A stretch of 64,000 nucleotides of DNA, taken from contig CAYSLC010000001.1 of assembly GCA_964431545.1 (NCBI GenBank), positions 44,386 through 108,385 of the forward strand. Direction: 5' to 3'. The translations under genes and the position numbers were made by a program. Each line of letters starts with the position of its first letter. Position 1 is the first letter of the stretch. Source of the DNA: an uncultured Desulfobacteraceae bacterium (lineage in GTDB: Bacteria; Desulfobacterota; Desulfobacteria; Desulfobacterales; JAABSP01). The notes below the pieces were generated by a model. The model did not search any database. It had not been told where the DNA came from and was given only the letters and a program-made list of their open reading frames with translations. Below are positions 35,623 to 46,112 of this stretch, piece by piece.

Positions 35623-36659
35623 AGGAGAAACCCCTGGGGGAAGGGGTCCCGGGGATCGGCCACGAACGTGTGGAATCCGGTGATGTGGGCGCTGCCCCGG
35701 ATCTCCACCACCACGGCGGGAAGGCCCCCCATTCGGGTTTCCTCGACGATGCGGGCGTCGAAGACGGTTCCGAGCGGGCTTGCGTTCCTGAACACGTCCC
35801 CGGGCCGGAGCTTTCCCCTGGCATGGAGCAATGTCAGCTTGGCGGCGGTGCCGGTGCCGCAGGGGGACCGGTCCATGTGGGACTCGCCGTAGACCACCAC
35901 GCTGGTCCCCCGCCCCTCCCCGTGACCGTCGGCATCGTAGAATTCCGTGACGTCCACGGTGGCGACCTCCGGCCGGGCCGGGTGGTGGACGGTGAACTGT
36001 TCGTTGGCGGCGTCGATGATCGCCATGCCCAGTTGGATGAGCCGGGGTCCGTTTTCCGGGGTCAACGCAAGGCCGATCTCCTCGGCCGGGACCATGGCGA
36101 AGAATCCGCCCGCGCAGACCAGATCGACCGGAATCGAACCGAGGCCGGGGACCTTCAACGTTCGGGTCTCCCCTAGGGCGAAGGAGGGCACCATGAGGAT
36201 GGCCACCGACGCGACTTTGCCGTCTTCCACCGCCGCCCGCGCCTTCATGGGGCCGGAAGGGGTGTCCACCGTCACCAGGGTCTCCGCTCCGTCCGCCGGG
36301 AGCCCCCCCGTTTCGATCAGGGAGGTCACCGCGCCGATGGTGGCGTGACCGCAGAGGTACGGGTATCGGCGGGCATCCATGTAGATGAGTCCGAAGGCGG
36401 CCCCTTCGGTGACCGGCTCGGTCACCAGGGCGGCCAGGACTCCCCGGTGTCCCCGGGGCTCCCGGGTCAGCCGCAGCCGGATGTGGTCCTGGTGCGCTTT
36501 CAAATGGAAGAGCTTGTCCCGCATGGTCCCGCCGGGGATGGGATCGACCCCGCCCACGATGAGTCGGGTCATCTCCCCGGCGGTGTGGGAGTCGATGGTG
36601 GAGATGCTTGACGGGAAACGTTCCGCCGCGGCTGTGTGGATACGGTCAAGGTCGATCAA
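35619..36659 (-). CDS. proline racemase / 4-hydroxyproline epimerase family protein
   Basis: 346 aa. Both catalytic Cys motifs are present (YLCGHATIG and DRSPCGTGTAAKL). The start overlaps the downstream gene arrangement by 4 nt. Confidence 0.85.
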   Translation of the reverse strand: MIDLDRIHTAAAERFPSSISTIDSHTAGEMTRLIVGGVDPIPGGTMRDKLFHLKAHQDHIRLRLTREPRGHRGVLAALVTEPVTEGAAFGLIYMDARRYPYLCGHATIGAVTSLIETGGLPADGAETLVTVDTPSGPMKARAAVEDGKVASVAILMVPSFALGETRTLKVPGLGSIPVDLVCAGGFFAMVPAEEIGLALTPENGPRLIQLGMAIIDAANEQFTVHHPARPEVATVDVTEFYDADGHGEGRGTSVVVYGESHMDRSPCGTGTAAKLTLLHARGKLRPGDVFRNASPLGTVFDARIVEETRMGGLPAVVVEIRGSAHITGFHTFVADPRDPFPQGFLL

Positions 36660-36725
36660 TTCGGTACGGCTCCATTTCGATCCGCAAAAGACACTTCGGG
36701 ATCAACATCCTCCCGTACCTTCGGA

Positions 36726-37835
36726 TCATACTTCCTTGGGAAGGAGTTTGCAATGGCGGGGCGGAACGGTGACCGCGACCGCCTCGCCGCTTCTGAAGGG
36801 GTTCGTCTTCACGATGCCGATGGCGTGGATCACCGTGCCGTTTTCCAGCTCCACGAAATAGCTGACCTCTCCGCCCATGTAGCTGCGTTCCTTGATCTTT
36901 CCGAAGAAGCAGTTGACGGCGCCGTCTGGCCGGTGGGCTTTTCGGGGTTCGAGGTCGAGTTTCTGCGCCCGGACCACGATCTCCACCGCGTCGCCCTCCC
37001 GCCACCGGTCGCCGCCGCCGGCGGCGGCCAGCAATTCGTTGCCGTCCTCTAATCCGACCCGGAAGCCTTCCCCGTCCTTGCCCAGGATCACCCCGTCCAC
37101 GAAGTTGGAGTGGCCCAGAAAATCGGCCACGAAGTGGTTGACGGGATTGTTGTAGACCTCTTCCGGACTGCCCTCCTGCTGCTTTTTGCCGCCCTCCATG
37201 ACCACGATCTTGTCGGACATGGAAAGCGCCTCCCGCTGGTCGTGGGTGACGAAGATGGTGGTGACCCCGAGCATCTGCTGGATGTTGTCGATCTCCCGGC
37301 GCATCTCCTCCCGGAGGTTCTCGTCCAGGGCCGAGAGAGGCTCGTCCATGAGCAGCACCACCGGCTCGATGACGATGGCCCGGGCCAGGGCGATGCGCTG
37401 CTGCTGGCCGCCGGAGAGCTGTGAGGGCATCCGGCGCTCCACGCCGGGGAGCCGGACCATCTCCAGTGCCCGGGTGACCTTCTCCTTGATCTGATCCTTG
37501 GGGACATCCCGGTACTTCAGGCCGAAGGCGACGTTGTCGAAGATGGATTTATGGGGAAAGAGGGCGTAGTTCTGGAAGATCATTCCGAGGTTTCGCCGGT
37601 GGATGGGCACGTCGTTGATCCGATTTCCCTGGATGTAGATGTCTCCCTCGGAGGGAGATTCCAATCCGGCCACCATCCGGAGCAGCGTGGTTTTGCCGCA
37701 CCCCGACGGACCGAGCAGGGTGACCAGGGACCCTTCGGGGATGTCCAGATCCATCTTCTCCACGGCGACCACGTTGTCGAAGCGCTTGGCGATGCCGCGG
37801 AACCGAACCAGGGCGGGGTCTTTTTCTTGTTCCAA
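36726..37835 (-). CDS. ABC transporter ATP-binding protein (PotA/polyamine-type)
   Basis: Walker A GPSGCGKTT, signature LSGGQQQR, Walker B LLMDEPLS and a C-terminal TOBE-like domain. Confidence 0.9.
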   Translation of the reverse strand: MEQEKDPALVRFRGIAKRFDNVVAVEKMDLDIPEGSLVTLLGPSGCGKTTLLRMVAGLESPSEGDIYIQGNRINDVPIHRRNLGMIFQNYALFPHKSIFDNVAFGLKYRDVPKDQIKEKVTRALEMVRLPGVERRMPSQLSGGQQQRIALARAIVIEPVVLLMDEPLSALDENLREEMRREIDNIQQMLGVTTIFVTHDQREALSMSDKIVVMEGGKKQQEGSPEEVYNNPVNHFVADFLGHSNFVDGVILGKDGEGFRVGLEDGNELLAAAGGGDRWREGDAVEIVVRAQKLDLEPRKAHRPDGAVNCFFGKIKERSYMGGEVSYFVELENGTVIHAIGIVKTNPFRSGEAVAVTVPPRHCKLLPKEV

Positions 37836-37924
37836 AATCGGGGGGTCTCCTCGGTGCGATGGGGTGCGGATGCCCGCGCCGGCGGGGGTGCCCGGCCGGA
37901 CGCGGGCATCCGGTTAGCGGCGGA

Positions 37925-39091
37925 TCAGGCGCCGGCCTTGATCCGGTCCCACTTTTCGGTCCACTCGAGCTGATGGCTGTTCCAGTACTCGGGATCGGCG
38001 AACAGATAGCCGTCCAGGGTGCCGGTGGGGTCGAAGGCCGGCAGCTTCTGGATCGATTCGGGCATCTCCACCTTCCGCGGGTCGAGGCTGGGCGGATATT
38101 TCTGGCCTTCGGCCACGGCGATGGCCGGCTCGGGCTCCAGCATGAAGTTGAGCAGCTTCTGGGCCACCTCCATATCCGTCCCTTTGAGAACGTACATATA
38201 CTCCATCCAGGAGTACGTATTGGGCGGGGCGAGGTACCCGATGGGATGGCCCTCGGCCTGGAGGTTGGCCACGCGCCCGGACCAGGCCACCGTGGCATAG
38301 ATCTCTTCGTTGGCCAGCAGGCTCATCAGCTCCGAGCCGGAGGCCCAGTACTTTTTGATCATCTCCCGCTGTTGCTTGAGAGCATCCCAGACCGCGTCCA
38401 GCTTTTGGATATCGTTGGGGCTCTGTCCGGTGTGGAGGGCCGCGTACCACATGTTGGTCCGGAAGTCCCCGCCCCAGCTCCCCAGTTTGCCCTTGAGTTC
38501 CTTGTCCCAGAGAAGGGAGGCCCCGAGCTTCTCCGCTTTTTCCTTGCTGATATGCTTGGTGTTGTAAGCGATTCCGGTCTGGCCGTAATCATAGGGAACG
38601 GCCGAGAGCTTTCCGTCGGTGATCCCCTTGAGGGTGGCGATCATTTTGGGAAGGACATTTTGCAGGTTCGGGATCTCGCTTTCGTCCAGCACCGAGTTGA
38701 ATCCCAGGTTCTTGTAGCGGGCATAATCGTAGACGGCGCTCAAATGGGCGATGTTGAACTCTCCGCCCGGCGGATAGGAGGCCTTGACCTGGGTGAGAAA
38801 CGCGTCCATGCCCGTAAAGGCGGCATCGACCACCTCAATGCCGGTGGCCTTGTTGAACGGGTCGAAGGCGTACTTCCGCAGGGCTTCGGAGGTGGAGCCG
38901 CCCCAGCTGTGGAACGTGATCGATTCGGCGCCGAACGCCTTCCGGGCCAACCCGAAGGGACCGCCCACGAGCCCGGCCGCCGCCCCGGCGATGCCGAGGT
39001 ACTTCATGAAGTCACGACGAGAGACCTTTCCCTCTCGATACCCGTCGATCAGCCTGTCGAGCGTCTTCTCCATCTTCTTTTCCATGTTCAA
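37925..39091 (-). CDS. ABC transporter periplasmic substrate-binding protein (PotD/family-1 type) with Tat-like signal
   Basis: 388 aa. SRRDFMKYLGIAGAAAGL is a twin-arginine signal. It is adjacent to two permeases and an ATPase. Confidence 0.8.
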   Translation of the reverse strand: MNMEKKMEKTLDRLIDGYREGKVSRRDFMKYLGIAGAAAGLVGGPFGLARKAFGAESITFHSWGGSTSEALRKYAFDPFNKATGIEVVDAAFTGMDAFLTQVKASYPPGGEFNIAHLSAVYDYARYKNLGFNSVLDESEIPNLQNVLPKMIATLKGITDGKLSAVPYDYGQTGIAYNTKHISKEKAEKLGASLLWDKELKGKLGSWGGDFRTNMWYAALHTGQSPNDIQKLDAVWDALKQQREMIKKYWASGSELMSLLANEEIYATVAWSGRVANLQAEGHPIGYLAPPNTYSWMEYMYVLKGTDMEVAQKLLNFMLEPEPAIAVAEGQKYPPSLDPRKVEMPESIQKLPAFDPTGTLDGYLFADPEYWNSHQLEWTEKWDRIKAGA

Positions 39092-39163
39092 GCCTCCTGT
39101 GTTTATGTTGGGTGGTTGGGTTCCATCCGAAGATCACGCTTTATCAGATAGGTCGCTTGGATA

Positions 39164-39958
39164 TCATTCGCTTCCCCTTGCGAACCGCCGGGACACATAC
39201 CCCGCCGCCAGGGGCAGGGAGACGGTCAAAAAGATCATCACGGTACCGAGGGCGTTGATCTCCGGGCTGATGGAGTTTCGCAGCATGCCGAAGATCTTCA
39301 CCGGCACCGTCTGGTTCTGGGCCGTGGCCCAGAAGAGGGTCGCCGTCACGTCGTCGAAGGAGATGGTGAAGGAGAAGAGCATCCCGGCGAAGATGGCCGG
39401 GGCCAGCAGCGGAAAGGTGACCGACAGGAAGGTTTGAAACGGACTCGCTCCGAGGGTCTGGGCCGCCTCCTCGTATTCCCTCTTGATGCCCACCAGCCGG
39501 GCCTGGACCACCAGTAGAACATAGGGCAGGGTGAGCACCACGTGGCCGATGAGGAGCAGGGCGAAGCTCTTGGGCTGCTGGAGCCACCGGATGAAGATCA
39601 GCAGGGCCACCCCGAGCACCACCTCCGGGATCATGATGGGGGCCAGCAACAGGGTGTTGAGGGTCTCCTTGCCCGGAAATTCATACCGAACAAAGGCCAT
39701 GGCCGCCGGTATGCCGATGGCCGTCGTCAACACCGCGGTGAGGGAGCCGAGGATCATGGAGTTTTTGAAAGCCCCCAGGATCGTCGCATTCTGGGCCAGC
39801 TTCGCGTACCACCGAAAACTGAACCCCTCCATGGGAAACGATCCGAACTGCTGGGGGTTGAAGGAGAGGAGAACCACCGCCACGATGGGCGTGAACATCC
39901 AGATGTAGATGAGCAGGGTATAGATCTTGATCAGCGACCAACCGGAGAAAAATTTCAT
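39164..39958 (-). CDS. ABC transporter permease (PotC-like)
   Basis: The start is taken at MKFFSGWSLIK (ATG 39958). It has the EAA-loop region EEAAQTLGASPFQTF. The upstream 98 track codons overlap the neighbouring gene. Confidence 0.85.
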   Translation of the reverse strand: MKFFSGWSLIKIYTLLIYIWMFTPIVAVVLLSFNPQQFGSFPMEGFSFRWYAKLAQNATILGAFKNSMILGSLTAVLTTAIGIPAAMAFVRYEFPGKETLNTLLLAPIMIPEVVLGVALLIFIRWLQQPKSFALLLIGHVVLTLPYVLLVVQARLVGIKREYEEAAQTLGASPFQTFLSVTFPLLAPAIFAGMLFSFTISFDDVTATLFWATAQNQTVPVKIFGMLRNSISPEINALGTVMIFLTVSLPLAAGYVSRRFARGSE

Positions 39959-39966
39959 CGGCGATC

Positions 39967-40827
39967 CTATTGGAGGGTCTTGAAGATCTGGTTGATGCCC
40001 AGATACCGGTTGTAGGTATAGACGATGACGCCCAGAAGCCCCAGCAGGATGGTGCTCAGAGCCGAACCGAAGGGCCAGTCGAGGGTGCCGACGATCCGTT
40101 TGAAGATCAGGTTGGCGATCATGTCGTTGCCCGGCCCCCCCAGGATCATGGGCGGCAGGTACGTCCCGCAGGTCAGGACGAAGACCAGCAGGCATCCCGC
40201 GCTCACCCCCGGCAGGCTCAAGGGGAGCGTCACCTCCTTGAAGGCCTGCCATTCGGTGCAGCCGAGGCTTTTGGCCGCTTCGACGAGGCTCCTGTCGATC
40301 CCCTCCAGACTCACATAGATGTTCAGGATCATGAAGGGCAGGAGGTACTGCAGGAGGCCCATGAGCACCGCCGCCTCGTTGTAGAGCATGGGAAGCGGCG
40401 TCTCGATGAGACCGATCTTCAGCAGGATGTGGTTGATCAGGCCGGAATCGCCCAGGATGTTGATCCAGGACAGGGTCCGGATGATGAAGCTGATCCAGAA
40501 GGGGAGCATGATCAGGATCATCAGAAACGGTTTGAGGCGGGACTCGGTCCGGTAGAAGAAGTAGGCCGGGATGTATCCCATGACCAGGCAGAGGAGCACC
40601 GTCTCCAGGGCCACCCGGATGGTCCGGATCAGCAGGGACGGATAGAAGAAATCATCGAAGAACTTGGCGTAGTTTCCGAACTGAAAGGCCGGTATGTCCC
40701 CGCCGAACGGCGACCGCAGCCAGAAGCTGTAGACGACCACGAAGCAGACGGGAATGACGAGGAGGAAAAATACCGCGCTGAGCGACGGCGCGAGCAGTGC
40801 CCAAGGTTTCCAGGCTTTCTCTTCCAT
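39967..40827 (-). CDS. ABC transporter permease (PotB-like)
   Basis: The start is taken at MEEKAWKPWALLAP (ATG 40827). It has the EAA loop VEAAKSLGCTEWQAF. Confidence 0.85.
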   Translation of the reverse strand: MEEKAWKPWALLAPSLSAVFFLLVIPVCFVVVYSFWLRSPFGGDIPAFQFGNYAKFFDDFFYPSLLIRTIRVALETVLLCLVMGYIPAYFFYRTESRLKPFLMILIMLPFWISFIIRTLSWINILGDSGLINHILLKIGLIETPLPMLYNEAAVLMGLLQYLLPFMILNIYVSLEGIDRSLVEAAKSLGCTEWQAFKEVTLPLSLPGVSAGCLLVFVLTCGTYLPPMILGGPGNDMIANLIFKRIVGTLDWPFGSALSTILLGLLGVIVYTYNRYLGINQIFKTLQ

Positions 40828-40999
40828 GCTCCCCTTTCGAACGGTCGACCGATGTCGAAACCGGCCGACGGCCGTCCTTCCCTGGGGAAGAACCGATTCA
40901 GCGGCGCCCGTGGCGGGCGCGGGCAATGGACAAAGGGTGGTTCGATCCGTCGGCGTTGCTGGAGCTTGCGGAAGATGACGCACAGCATCATCCAAGGCA

Positions 41000-41017
41000 A
41001 TACATTATTGTATGTAT
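41000..41017. promoter_or_regulatory. perfect inverted repeat ATACAT-N6-ATGTAT (candidate operator) upstream of the ABC operon
   Basis: Read directly. It is an AT-rich palindrome in the 229-nt gap about 175 nt upstream of the 40827 start. Confidence 0.3.
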
Positions 41018-41056
41018 CCGACGCGACGGCGGATGTCAAGGCCGAATCGGCGCGCC

Positions 41057-41842
41057 TTACTCGACCCGGAACACGCGGCCGCAGGTGTGCTGGGCCGCCA
41101 CCGTCAGCATGGCCCGGCTGTTTTGCAGGACCGGGCCCACTTCCCGGAGGGCCTTTTCCGGGGTGTTGTTCTGTTCGCTCAGGTGGGCCAGGATGACGTG
41201 GGAGAGCCGCTCGTGGAGGAGGTCCCCCAAGAGATCCCTCGACGCGGGGTTGGAGAGGTGTCCGGTCCGTCCCCGGACCCGCTGCTTGAGGGGCCAGGGG
41301 TAGGGGCCGGACAGGAGCATCTCCGGGTCGTGGTTCGCTTCGAGGATCAACAGGGCGCACCCCTGGAGGTGGGTCTTGACCATGGCCGTGGCGATCCCCA
41401 GGTCGGTGGCGATCCCCACCTTGAGCCCGTCCGTGGAGACGGTGAATCCGGCGGGGTCCTCCGCGTCGTGGGAGGTGGCGAAGGGATGGATGGTCAGGCG
41501 GTTGATGACGAACCGGCGGCCGGGCTCGAAGGGCACGGGCGCCGGGAGCTTCCGGAGGTGAGCCGCCGCCGCCCGGTGGGTGGCGGGGCTGATGTAGACC
41601 GGCAGGTTGTACCGCCGGGAGAGGACCCCGATGCCCCGGGTGTGGTCGCCGTGTTCGTGGGAGACCACCAGGGCCGTCAGGTCTTCGGGTCGAAGGCCCC
41701 GGGACCGGAGCCGTCGTTCGATCTCCTTGCCCGACAGGCCCGCGTCGATGAGGATCGATGTCTCCCCGTCGGAGACGTGGATGGCGTTGCCCTTGCTGCC
41801 GCTGGCCAGAATACAGATTTGGAGGTCGCCCTTGGCCGCCAC
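41057..41842 (-). CDS. MBL-fold metallo-hydrolase (YycJ-like)
   Basis: 261 aa. It has SHEHGDH (the HxHxDH motif) and the N-terminal ILASGSKGN. Confidence 0.85.
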   Translation of the reverse strand: MAAKGDLQICILASGSKGNAIHVSDGETSILIDAGLSGKEIERRLRSRGLRPEDLTALVVSHEHGDHTRGIGVLSRRYNLPVYISPATHRAAAAHLRKLPAPVPFEPGRRFVINRLTIHPFATSHDAEDPAGFTVSTDGLKVGIATDLGIATAMVKTHLQGCALLILEANHDPEMLLSGPYPWPLKQRVRGRTGHLSNPASRDLLGDLLHERLSHVILAHLSEQNNTPEKALREVGPVLQNSRAMLTVAAQHTCGRVFRVE

Positions 41843-41843
41843 G

Positions 41844-42305
41844 TCACCGCCCCGTGTGGCCGAAGCCGCCGGAGCCCCGGCCGGTTCCGTCCAGCGTCTC
41901 CACCTCCTCGATGCGGACCCGGGGGAGCCGCTGGATCACCATCTGGGCGATCCGGTCCCCCCGGCGGAGGGTGTAAGGGGCCCTGCCCAGGTTGATCAGC
42001 GGCACCATGACCTCCCCCCGGTAGTCGGGATCGATGGTGCCGGGGGCGTTGATCATGCCGATGGCGTGTCGCGCCGCCAGCCCGCTCCTGGGCCGGATCT
42101 GGGCTTCGTACCCCGGTGGAACGGCCATGGCGAAGCCGGTGGGGACGAGGAAAATGTCGCCGGGAGACAGGGTCACCTCCGAGGGAACGGCCGCGCAGAT
42201 ATCCATCCCGGCGGAATCCGGGGTCATGTACCTCGGCGGGGGGATGTCCCGGTCGGCCTCCGGGTTGAGGCGTAAGAGCTTGACGGGGCAGAGGGGATCG
42301 ACCAT
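41844..42305 (-). CDS. dut: dUTP diphosphatase
   Basis: SAGMDI, RPRSGLA, GTIDPDYRGE and a C-terminal RGSGGFGHTG are the dUTPase motifs. The start at 42305 gives a length of ~153 aa. Confidence 0.9.
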   Translation of the reverse strand: MVDPLCPVKLLRLNPEADRDIPPPRYMTPDSAGMDICAAVPSEVTLSPGDIFLVPTGFAMAVPPGYEAQIRPRSGLAARHAIGMINAPGTIDPDYRGEVMVPLINLGRAPYTLRRGDRIAQMVIQRLPRVRIEEVETLDGTGRGSGGFGHTGR

Positions 42306-42347
42306 GGAGCGCCTGGGTGGCCTGGGAAGCGGCATTGGGGGACGGAC

Positions 42348-43637
42348 TCAGCCGGCCATCAGTTCCTCAAACGGAGCCCCGTCGGAGAGAGGACCCAGCA
42401 GGGTCAATGCCATGGCCTCCGGGGTGAAGAGGCTTTGGGCCAGCTCCTGGACCTGGGCCTCGGTCACCGCCTCGATGTTGGCCACCACCTCCTCCAGGGG
42501 GACATGGCGCCCGAAATGGAACTCGTTCTGGGCCAGGCGCGCCATGTGGTTGTCGGCGTTCTCCGTGGAGAGCATCAAACACCCCTTGGTGTACTCCTTG
42601 GCATCCCGGAGTTCCTCGGGGCCCACCCGGATCGACCGGATATCGGCCAGGCAGGCCAGGATGGCCCGGACCGCTTCGACCGTGTTCCTGGGATCCACGG
42701 CGGTGTAGACGCCGAACAGGCCCGAGTCGAAGTAGGCGGTCATGAAGGAGAAGATGGTGTACGCCAGCCCCCGCCGCTCCCGGACCTCCTGGAAGAGCCG
42801 GGAACTCATGTTGCCGCCGACGATGGTATTGAGCAGGGAATAGGCGAACCGGTCCGGATCGGCGATGGGAAGGCCGGGAGCCTCGATGCACAGATGGACC
42901 TGCTCCTGATCCCGCCCATGGAGATAGACCCCTGGTCGCGCCTGGGGAACGGTCCGCCCGGGCCGGCCGTTTTCTCTGGGGACCCCCTCGAAGATCGGGG
43001 CCAGAAGGTCGACCAGTCCCTGGTGCTCCAGGTTCCCCGAAGCGGAGATCACGATGCGATCCGCTCCGTAGAAGCGATTGAAAAAGGATCTGATGGCCTC
43101 CGAGTCGAACCGGACCACGTTTTCCCGGGTCCCCAGGATCGACCGGCCCAAGGGGTGGTCCCCCCAGTAGGCCGCTTCGGAAAGGAGGTGGATGTAATCC
43201 TCGGGGTTGTCCTCCACCATCCCGATCTCCTGGAAGATCACGGGACGCTCCTTGTCGATCTCCACCGGATCGAAGACCGAGTTGAGAAGGATGTCGCCGA
43301 GGATGTCCACCATGATGGCCACGTGCGTGTCCATCACCTTGGCGTGGTAGCAGGTGGTCTCCATGGTGGTGAAGGCGTTGGTGTGGCCGCCGATGACGTC
43401 GAAGGCCTTGGCGATCTCGTAGGCGGACCGACGACGGGTGCCCTTGAAGATCATGTGCTCGATGAAATGGGAGAGTCCGCTCTCCGCCTCCGACTCGTCC
43501 CTCGCTCCGACGGAGACCCAGACGCCCATGGAGACGGAGCGGACATGGGGCAGACCGCGGCTGATGATCCGGACTCCGTTGTCCAGGGACGTCTTACTTA
43601 CGGTTCGGCTTTCCGTCCCGCTGCCTGTCCGGGCCAT
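42348..43637 (-). CDS. M16-family zinc peptidase (insulinase-like)
   Basis: [14 protein letters not shown] contains the inverted zinc motif HxxEH. 429 aa. Confidence 0.85.
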   Translation of the reverse strand: MARTGSGTESRTVSKTSLDNGVRIISRGLPHVRSVSMGVWVSVGARDESEAESGLSHFIEHMIFKGTRRRSAYEIAKAFDVIGGHTNAFTTMETTCYHAKVMDTHVAIMVDILGDILLNSVFDPVEIDKERPVIFQEIGMVEDNPEDYIHLLSEAAYWGDHPLGRSILGTRENVVRFDSEAIRSFFNRFYGADRIVISASGNLEHQGLVDLLAPIFEGVPRENGRPGRTVPQARPGVYLHGRDQEQVHLCIEAPGLPIADPDRFAYSLLNTIVGGNMSSRLFQEVRERRGLAYTIFSFMTAYFDSGLFGVYTAVDPRNTVEAVRAILACLADIRSIRVGPEELRDAKEYTKGCLMLSTENADNHMARLAQNEFHFGRHVPLEEVVANIEAVTEAQVQELAQSLFTPEAMALTLLGPLSDGAPFEELMAG

Positions 43638-45723
43638 CCTTCTCCTCTTCCAGCACCGCCTTGTGGCTCAGCCGGATCTTTCCGTCCTTGTTGACCTCCA
43701 GGACCTTGACCTTGAGCATCTCCCCCTCCTTGATCACATCCGTGACCTTCTTGACCCGCTGGGGGCTCAACTGGGAGATGTGGACCAGGCCGTCGGTGCC
43801 CGGCATGATGTTGACGAAGGCGCCGAAGTCGGTGATCTTGACCACCTTGCCCTCGTAGATCTCCCCGACCTCGGGCTCCGCCGTGATCTCCTTGATCATG
43901 CCGATGGCCTTGTCCGAGTCCTCGGTGGAGGTGGCGGCGATCTTCACGGCGCCGGAGTCGTCGATCTCGATCCGGGTGTTGGTCTCGCTCTGGATGGCGC
44001 GGATCACCTTCCCGCCCGGGCCGATGATCTCCCGGATCTTATCCGGATTGATCTGGATGGTGGTCACCTTGGGGGCGTAGGGGGAGATCTCGTCCCGGGC
44101 CTCCCGCAGCGTGTCGAGCATCTTCTCCAGGATGTGGAGCCGTCCCCTGCGGGCCTGCTCCAGGGCCTGGCGCAGGATCTCCCGGGGCAGTTCATGGATC
44201 TTGATGTCCATCTGGACCGCGGTGATGCCGTTCTTGGTGCCGGCCACCTTGAAATCCATGTCCCCGGTGTGGTCCTCGTCGCCGAGGATATCCGACAGGA
44301 TGGCCACCTCGTCCCCCTCCTTCATCAGCCCCATGGCGATGCCGGAGACCGGCGTCTGGATGGGGACGCCGCCGTCCATCAGCGCCAGACTGGCGGCGCA
44401 GACGGTGGCCATGGAGGACGAACCGTTGGATTCCAGCACCTCGGAGACGATCCGGATGGTATAGTCGAAGGCCTCCTTGGACGGGAGGATCTTCTCCACC
44501 GCCCGGGTGGACAGACCCCCGTGGCCGATGTCCCGGCGGCTCGGACCCATGATCCGTTTGGTCTCCCCCACGGAATAGGGGGGGAAGTTGTAATGGAGCA
44601 TGAACGGGCGCATCTCCTCGCCGCTCAGGGTCTCCACCCGCTGTTCATCCTGCCCCGAGCCGATGGTGAGCACGCCCAGGACCTGGGTTTCGCCCCGGGT
44701 GAAGAGCGCGCTGCCGTGGGGCCGGGGCAGAAGGCCCACCTCGCAGGTGATGGAACGGACCTCGTCCCGCTGGCGGCCGTCGATGCGGATGCCGTCTTTC
44801 AGAACCATATCCCGGGTGATCCGCCGTTCCAGGTCGTTGAGGATCCCGTAGACCTCCCCCTTCCGCTCGGCATATTCCTCGCCGAGTCCCTCGAAAACAT
44901 CCCCCTTTGCCTGGCGCAGGGCCGCGCGGCGCGGGATCTTCCGGGGGACCCGCAGGGCCTGCCGGAGGGGTTCCTCGGCCGCCGCGTTCAGCCGGGCCTC
45001 CAGGTCGGCGTCCCGTTCCTTGACGGGGACTTCCATTTTGGGGAGCCCAACCGCCTCCCGCAGCTTGGCCTGAATATCGATGAGCGGCTGCATGGATTGG
45101 TGGGCGAATTCGATGGCCTCCACCATCTCATCCTCGCTCACCTGGTTTCCGCCCCCTTCCACCATCACGACGCCGGTTCCCGAGCCGGCCACGATGATGT
45201 TGATGTCGCAAAGGTCCCATTCGGCGATGGTGGGGTTGACCACCAGCCGGCCGTCGATCCGGCCCACCCGGACGCAGGCGATGGGGCCTTCGAAGGGGAT
45301 GTCCGAAATCTCCAGGGCCGCGGAGGCGCCGGTCATGGCCAGGGTGTCCGGATCATTCTCCTGATCCATGGAGAGCACGGTGGCGATGACCTGTATCTCG
45401 TTGGTCCAGGTCTTGGGAAACAGCGGGCGTATGGGGCGGTCGATGAGGCGGGCGGTGAGGGTCTCTTTTTCACTGGGGCGCCCCACCTCGCGTCTGAAGT
45501 AGTTGCCGGGGATGCGTCCGGCGGCGTAGATCTTCTCCTGATATTCCACGGACAGGGGGAGAAAGTCGAGTCCGGGCCGCTCTTCCTTGGACGACACCAC
45601 CGTCACCAGGACGATGGTGTCCCCATACTGGACCACCACCGATCCCGATGCCTGTTTGGCCACCTTGCCGGTTTCGATGCTCAGCGGTCTTCCGCCGATA
45701 TCGGCTTTAAATACAATTTCCAT
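43594..45723 (-). CDS. pnp: polyribonucleotide nucleotidyltransferase (PNPase)
   Basis: 709 aa, with two RNase PH domains, KH and S1 (..[21 protein letters not shown]..). It is in the standard rpsO-pnp context. Confidence 0.95.
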   Translation of the reverse strand: MEIVFKADIGGRPLSIETGKVAKQASGSVVVQYGDTIVLVTVVSSKEERPGLDFLPLSVEYQEKIYAAGRIPGNYFRREVGRPSEKETLTARLIDRPIRPLFPKTWTNEIQVIATVLSMDQENDPDTLAMTGASAALEISDIPFEGPIACVRVGRIDGRLVVNPTIAEWDLCDINIIVAGSGTGVVMVEGGGNQVSEDEMVEAIEFAHQSMQPLIDIQAKLREAVGLPKMEVPVKERDADLEARLNAAAEEPLRQALRVPRKIPRRAALRQAKGDVFEGLGEEYAERKGEVYGILNDLERRITRDMVLKDGIRIDGRQRDEVRSITCEVGLLPRPHGSALFTRGETQVLGVLTIGSGQDEQRVETLSGEEMRPFMLHYNFPPYSVGETKRIMGPSRRDIGHGGLSTRAVEKILPSKEAFDYTIRIVSEVLESNGSSSMATVCAASLALMDGGVPIQTPVSGIAMGLMKEGDEVAILSDILGDEDHTGDMDFKVAGTKNGITAVQMDIKIHELPREILRQALEQARRGRLHILEKMLDTLREARDEISPYAPKVTTIQINPDKIREIIGPGGKVIRAIQSETNTRIEIDDSGAVKIAATSTEDSDKAIGMIKEITAEPEVGEIYEGKVVKITDFGAFVNIMPGTDGLVHISQLSPQRVKKVTDVIKEGEMLKVKVLEVNKDGKIRLSHKAVLEEEKDGPDRQRDGKPNRK

Positions 45724-45736
45724 AAGCGTTTTTTTT

Positions 45737-46006
45737 CTATCTCCTCAGGCCCAGAGTCTCGATGATCGTCCGGTACCGTTTGACATCTTTGTTTTTTACG
45801 TAATTCAACAGTCGCCGCCGCTTGCCCACCAGCATGAGCAGTCCGCGGCGGGAGTGGTGATCCTTTTTGTGGATCTTGAGGTGTTCCGTAAGATAGGTGA
45901 TCCGGTGGGTCAACAGTCCGATCTGCACCTCGGGCGAGCCGGTGTCCTCCTCGTGGAGTTTGTACCGGTCGATCAACTCCCTTTTGTCCTGCGCTTGAAA
46001 AACCAC
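45737..46006 (-). CDS. rpsO: 30S ribosomal protein S15
   Basis: A GTG at 46006 follows GGAGG, giving 89 aa. The sequence includes [37 protein letters not shown]. The longer track ORF (to 46129) is not supported. Confidence 0.9.
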   Translation of the reverse strand: MVFQAQDKRELIDRYKLHEEDTGSPEVQIGLLTHRITYLTEHLKIHKKDHHSRRGLLMLVGKRRRLLNYVKNKDVKRYRTIIETLGLRR

Positions 46007-46112
46007 TTTCTTTAGGCCTCCTTGTTCCAACTCATGGGTTTCGGATGATGCTCGTCCTGGGTTTCTGGGCCGCCCTCCGCCGGGGTCGCGTCGCCAGCTT
46101 GCAGTAAACACA

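Noticed and set aside
33955-35892. 645-aa plus-strand ORF
   Set aside because: It is antisense to the amidohydrolase and racemase genes.
43438-45765. 775-aa plus-strand ORF
   Set aside because: It is antisense to pnp.
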